From a virus (taxonomy: Duplodnaviria > Caudoviricetes): DNA of 57,721 bases. The notes under the pieces were generated by a model, which did not search any database, was not told the DNA's origin, and worked only from the letters and a program-made list of their open reading frames with translations. Within the stretch, counting starts at the first letter, position 1; each line of letters begins with the position of its first letter. Below, in pieces: positions 55,617-57,721 of this stretch. Both the position numbers and the translations under genes were made by a program. The DNA lies in IMG/VR virus record IMGVR_UViG_3300033153_005042, positions 1-57,721 of that record. One strand, written 5' to 3'.

Positions 55617-56258
55617 ATGGCTAGAAGTTCTGTAACAGAACCAGTAGAAAAATTTAGGTTTAAAGTAACTTTCCTTTCGTTAGGCTTTGACGCCAATTTC
55701 GAAGAGTTAGTAATTCCAGCAGGATTTACCGAAGTTACTATACCAAAAGCTAACGTTAATGTCATGGAATACAGAGAAAATTCTGATATGAATAGGACTA
55801 TAAAAATACCTGGGTTGATATCGTATGACCCAGTAGTATTAAGAAAAGGCGTAACTACCGACAAAAGTTTGTACAATTGGTATAAACAAGTACACAACGA
55901 CGTTACTAATTTGTCAGCAGCCAACGAAGTGTTAGCTGGCATTAATATAGTACCTGTACATAGTCCAGATTTTAGAAGAGAGATGTTAATAACTTCTTTG
56001 GATAGAGAAGGAAACGCAGTTAAGCACTGGATGTGTTTTAATTGTTTTCCTGTCTCTTATCAAGGAGGAGACTCCTTCAACGCTCAAGATAATGGAAAAC
56101 TGATAGAAGAGTTGACCATTACTTACGAAGCTATGGCAGAGTTGCAAGGTAAGACAGTACTAGACGCAATACAAGACCTTACAGAAGAGTCAACCAAAGC
56201 TGGTATAGAAGCTATAAGAAACGCAATCAAGGGCGCTGTAATTGGAGCTGTTCTTTAA
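55617..56258 (+). CDS. Tail tube protein (T4 gp19-like) 2
   Basis: KIPGLISYDPVVLRKG, NCFPV, IEELTITYE. Confidence 0.85.
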   Translation: MARSSVTEPVEKFRFKVTFLSLGFDANFEELVIPAGFTEVTIPKANVNVMEYRENSDMNRTIKIPGLISYDPVVLRKGVTTDKSLYNWYKQVHNDVTNLSAANEVLAGINIVPVHSPDFRREMLITSLDREGNAVKHWMCFNCFPVSYQGGDSFNAQDNGKLIEELTITYEAMAELQGKTVLDAIQDLTEESTKAGIEAIRNAIKGAVIGAVL

Positions 56259-56273
56259 TCTTAGGAGTAATAA

Positions 56274-56873
56274 TTGGCAAGATCAGCATTAAGAGATCCT
56301 TTAGATAAATATAGATGGACTGTGAGTATTTCTGGTTTCAGTAAGATGGGCTTCCAAGAGACGTCCGTACCAGGGTACAGCATAACAACTAAAAAATATG
56401 CTGAAGGAGGCGCTCACTTAACTCCGAGAAAGATAATCAACTCCGTAGAAACTAAGACAGTCAAACTCTCTCGTGGAGTAACTAACGATACAAGTTTCAA
56501 CAGATGGGCAAACGGGTTTATAGACAAAGTTACCAACAACCACTCTTTTGCAGATTCTGGTGAAGTGCTAACGTCAAGCCCCATACTAACTGCGGCGAAC
56601 AACAACGGAGCCAAACCAATCAGAAGTATGATAAGTACTGGAGAAAGTATTAAGTACAGAAGAGATGTTAAGATAGAACACGTTAATAGAGTAGGTCAAG
56701 TAGAAGTTGTGTATATGCTATACAACGCATTCCCAATAGAATATTCACCAGCATCTGACTTTGATTCCACCGCAGATGACGGAGTTAGTATAGAATCAAT
56801 AACATTAGAGTACGAGAGTTTTGAAGTGTTGTACTCAGGGATAGCAGGTACAGCAGCCAATTTGATAACTTAA
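56274..56873 (+). CDS. Tail tube protein (T4 gp19-like) 3
   Basis: YAEGG, VKLSRG, RRDVKI, NAFPI, IESITLEYE. Confidence 0.85.
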   Translation: MARSALRDPLDKYRWTVSISGFSKMGFQETSVPGYSITTKKYAEGGAHLTPRKIINSVETKTVKLSRGVTNDTSFNRWANGFIDKVTNNHSFADSGEVLTSSPILTAANNNGAKPIRSMISTGESIKYRRDVKIEHVNRVGQVEVVYMLYNAFPIEYSPASDFDSTADDGVSIESITLEYESFEVLYSGIAGTAANLIT

Positions 56874-56896
56874 GCAATCAACCGAGGAGACGATTA

Positions 56897-57682
56897 ATGC
56901 TTATACAATTACCTAACGGTCTTATTGATGGTACAGACCTTTTTAATTACGCAGACGTAGACGAACTTAGAGGTAAACAGCAGAATTACTTAGCCAACCA
57001 AGATTTGGTAGTAGGTAACATTGGACACGTACCTAAAATTTTAGAAGATATGATACTAAGCCTACAAACAAAAGAAGGCCTTAAGTGGAAAGGGGATGTG
57101 TCCAAAGCTATTTGGAAATTACCTACAGGAGACATAGAAACAATCCTAATAAACATTAGAAAGAATACTTATGGAGGTAAGTTCTATCATGTGGCTGAGT
57201 GTACGCACTGTGACCATGAGATGGGCGACCTCCTTTTACAGCTAGAGGACTTAAAAACAAAGCCTTTCGATTTGACAGAAATGATAAAAAGTAAGTACAT
57301 AACACTACCTAAAGCTAAAATAGAAGTTGAAGTTAAGCCTACGTACTTAAGAGACATCTTTGACATGATCAAAATCACTACAGGCAAAAAAGACAAACTA
57401 GTAACTTCGTTGATTCCCTTATCAATCAAGAGTATAAAATCAGGCACTGAAGAACAGCCTGTAATAACAAGTCCAATAAATAGCTCACATATAGAAGACT
57501 TACCAGTAAGTGACTTACTTCACCTACAAGACCAACTTGATAAGACTAAAGTAGAAGGTTCTATAGACACTACTATTGAAATAGAATGTTCAGAGTGTCA
57601 CAAAGATTTTGAAACAAAGTTAAATGTGTTTGATTCAACTTTTTTCGACCCTACCAAGGGATCTACGTCTGGGAGTATGTAG
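56897..57682 (+). CDS. Baseplate hub assembly/tail chaperone (T4 gp26-like)
   Basis: IQLPNG, ILINIRKNTYG, two CxxC motifs, C-terminal FF. Confidence 0.65.
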   Translation: MLIQLPNGLIDGTDLFNYADVDELRGKQQNYLANQDLVVGNIGHVPKILEDMILSLQTKEGLKWKGDVSKAIWKLPTGDIETILINIRKNTYGGKFYHVAECTHCDHEMGDLLLQLEDLKTKPFDLTEMIKSKYITLPKAKIEVEVKPTYLRDIFDMIKITTGKKDKLVTSLIPLSIKSIKSGTEEQPVITSPINSSHIEDLPVSDLLHLQDQLDKTKVEGSIDTTIEIECSECHKDFETKLNVFDSTFFDPTKGSTSGSM

Positions 57683-57721
57683 ATCATAAATCCGATCTCT
57701 TGGGAGATTACACATTTTTCG

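Noticed and set aside
35075-57447. Minus-strand ORFs in the structural arm (e.g. 35075, 40484, 49577, 53635)
   Set aside because: Antisense to well-supported plus-strand genes; no motifs.
1-57721. tRNA genes or stop-codon reassignment
   Set aside because: No cloverleaf noticed by eye; long genes read through intact in the standard code, and the short ORFs are tightly coupled with their own RBSs.

Overview
A 57.7-kb piece of a large, AT-rich tailed phage with a contractile tail. Left arm (minus strand, 1-23.1 kb): AEP primase-helicase with an intein (runs off the window), ERF-type annealing protein, PD-(D/E)XK exonuclease, sigma-region-4-like regulator, SLT-like and metzincin-like secreted enzymes, a MoxR-type AAA+/VWA pair, and long arrays of mostly 65-110 aa ORFs. 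Centre (23.1-31.5 kb): a plus-strand island of repeated intergenic modules, two repeat-dense non-coding blocks, then a second minus-strand small-ORF array. Right arm (plus strand, 33.5-57.7 kb): terminase, portal split by a group I intron with a LAGLIDADG endonuclease, scaffold, major capsid, sheath and three tail-tube paralogs. Two features stand out. (1) About 37 small proteins, mostly KOW/SH3-like but also unrelated folds, end in the tag [GST]EL[GAST][EK]A[IL]Y-X; five more end in DSLEY(AIF). The tag DNA often doubles as the RBS/start of the next gene. (2) About 29 sigma54-type (GG-N10-GC) elements; 15 sit in front of genes, and several form repeated upstream-box + IHF + -24/-12 modules, with Fur-like boxes at both island edges. 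All assignments are by-eye motif recognition; no database searches were run.
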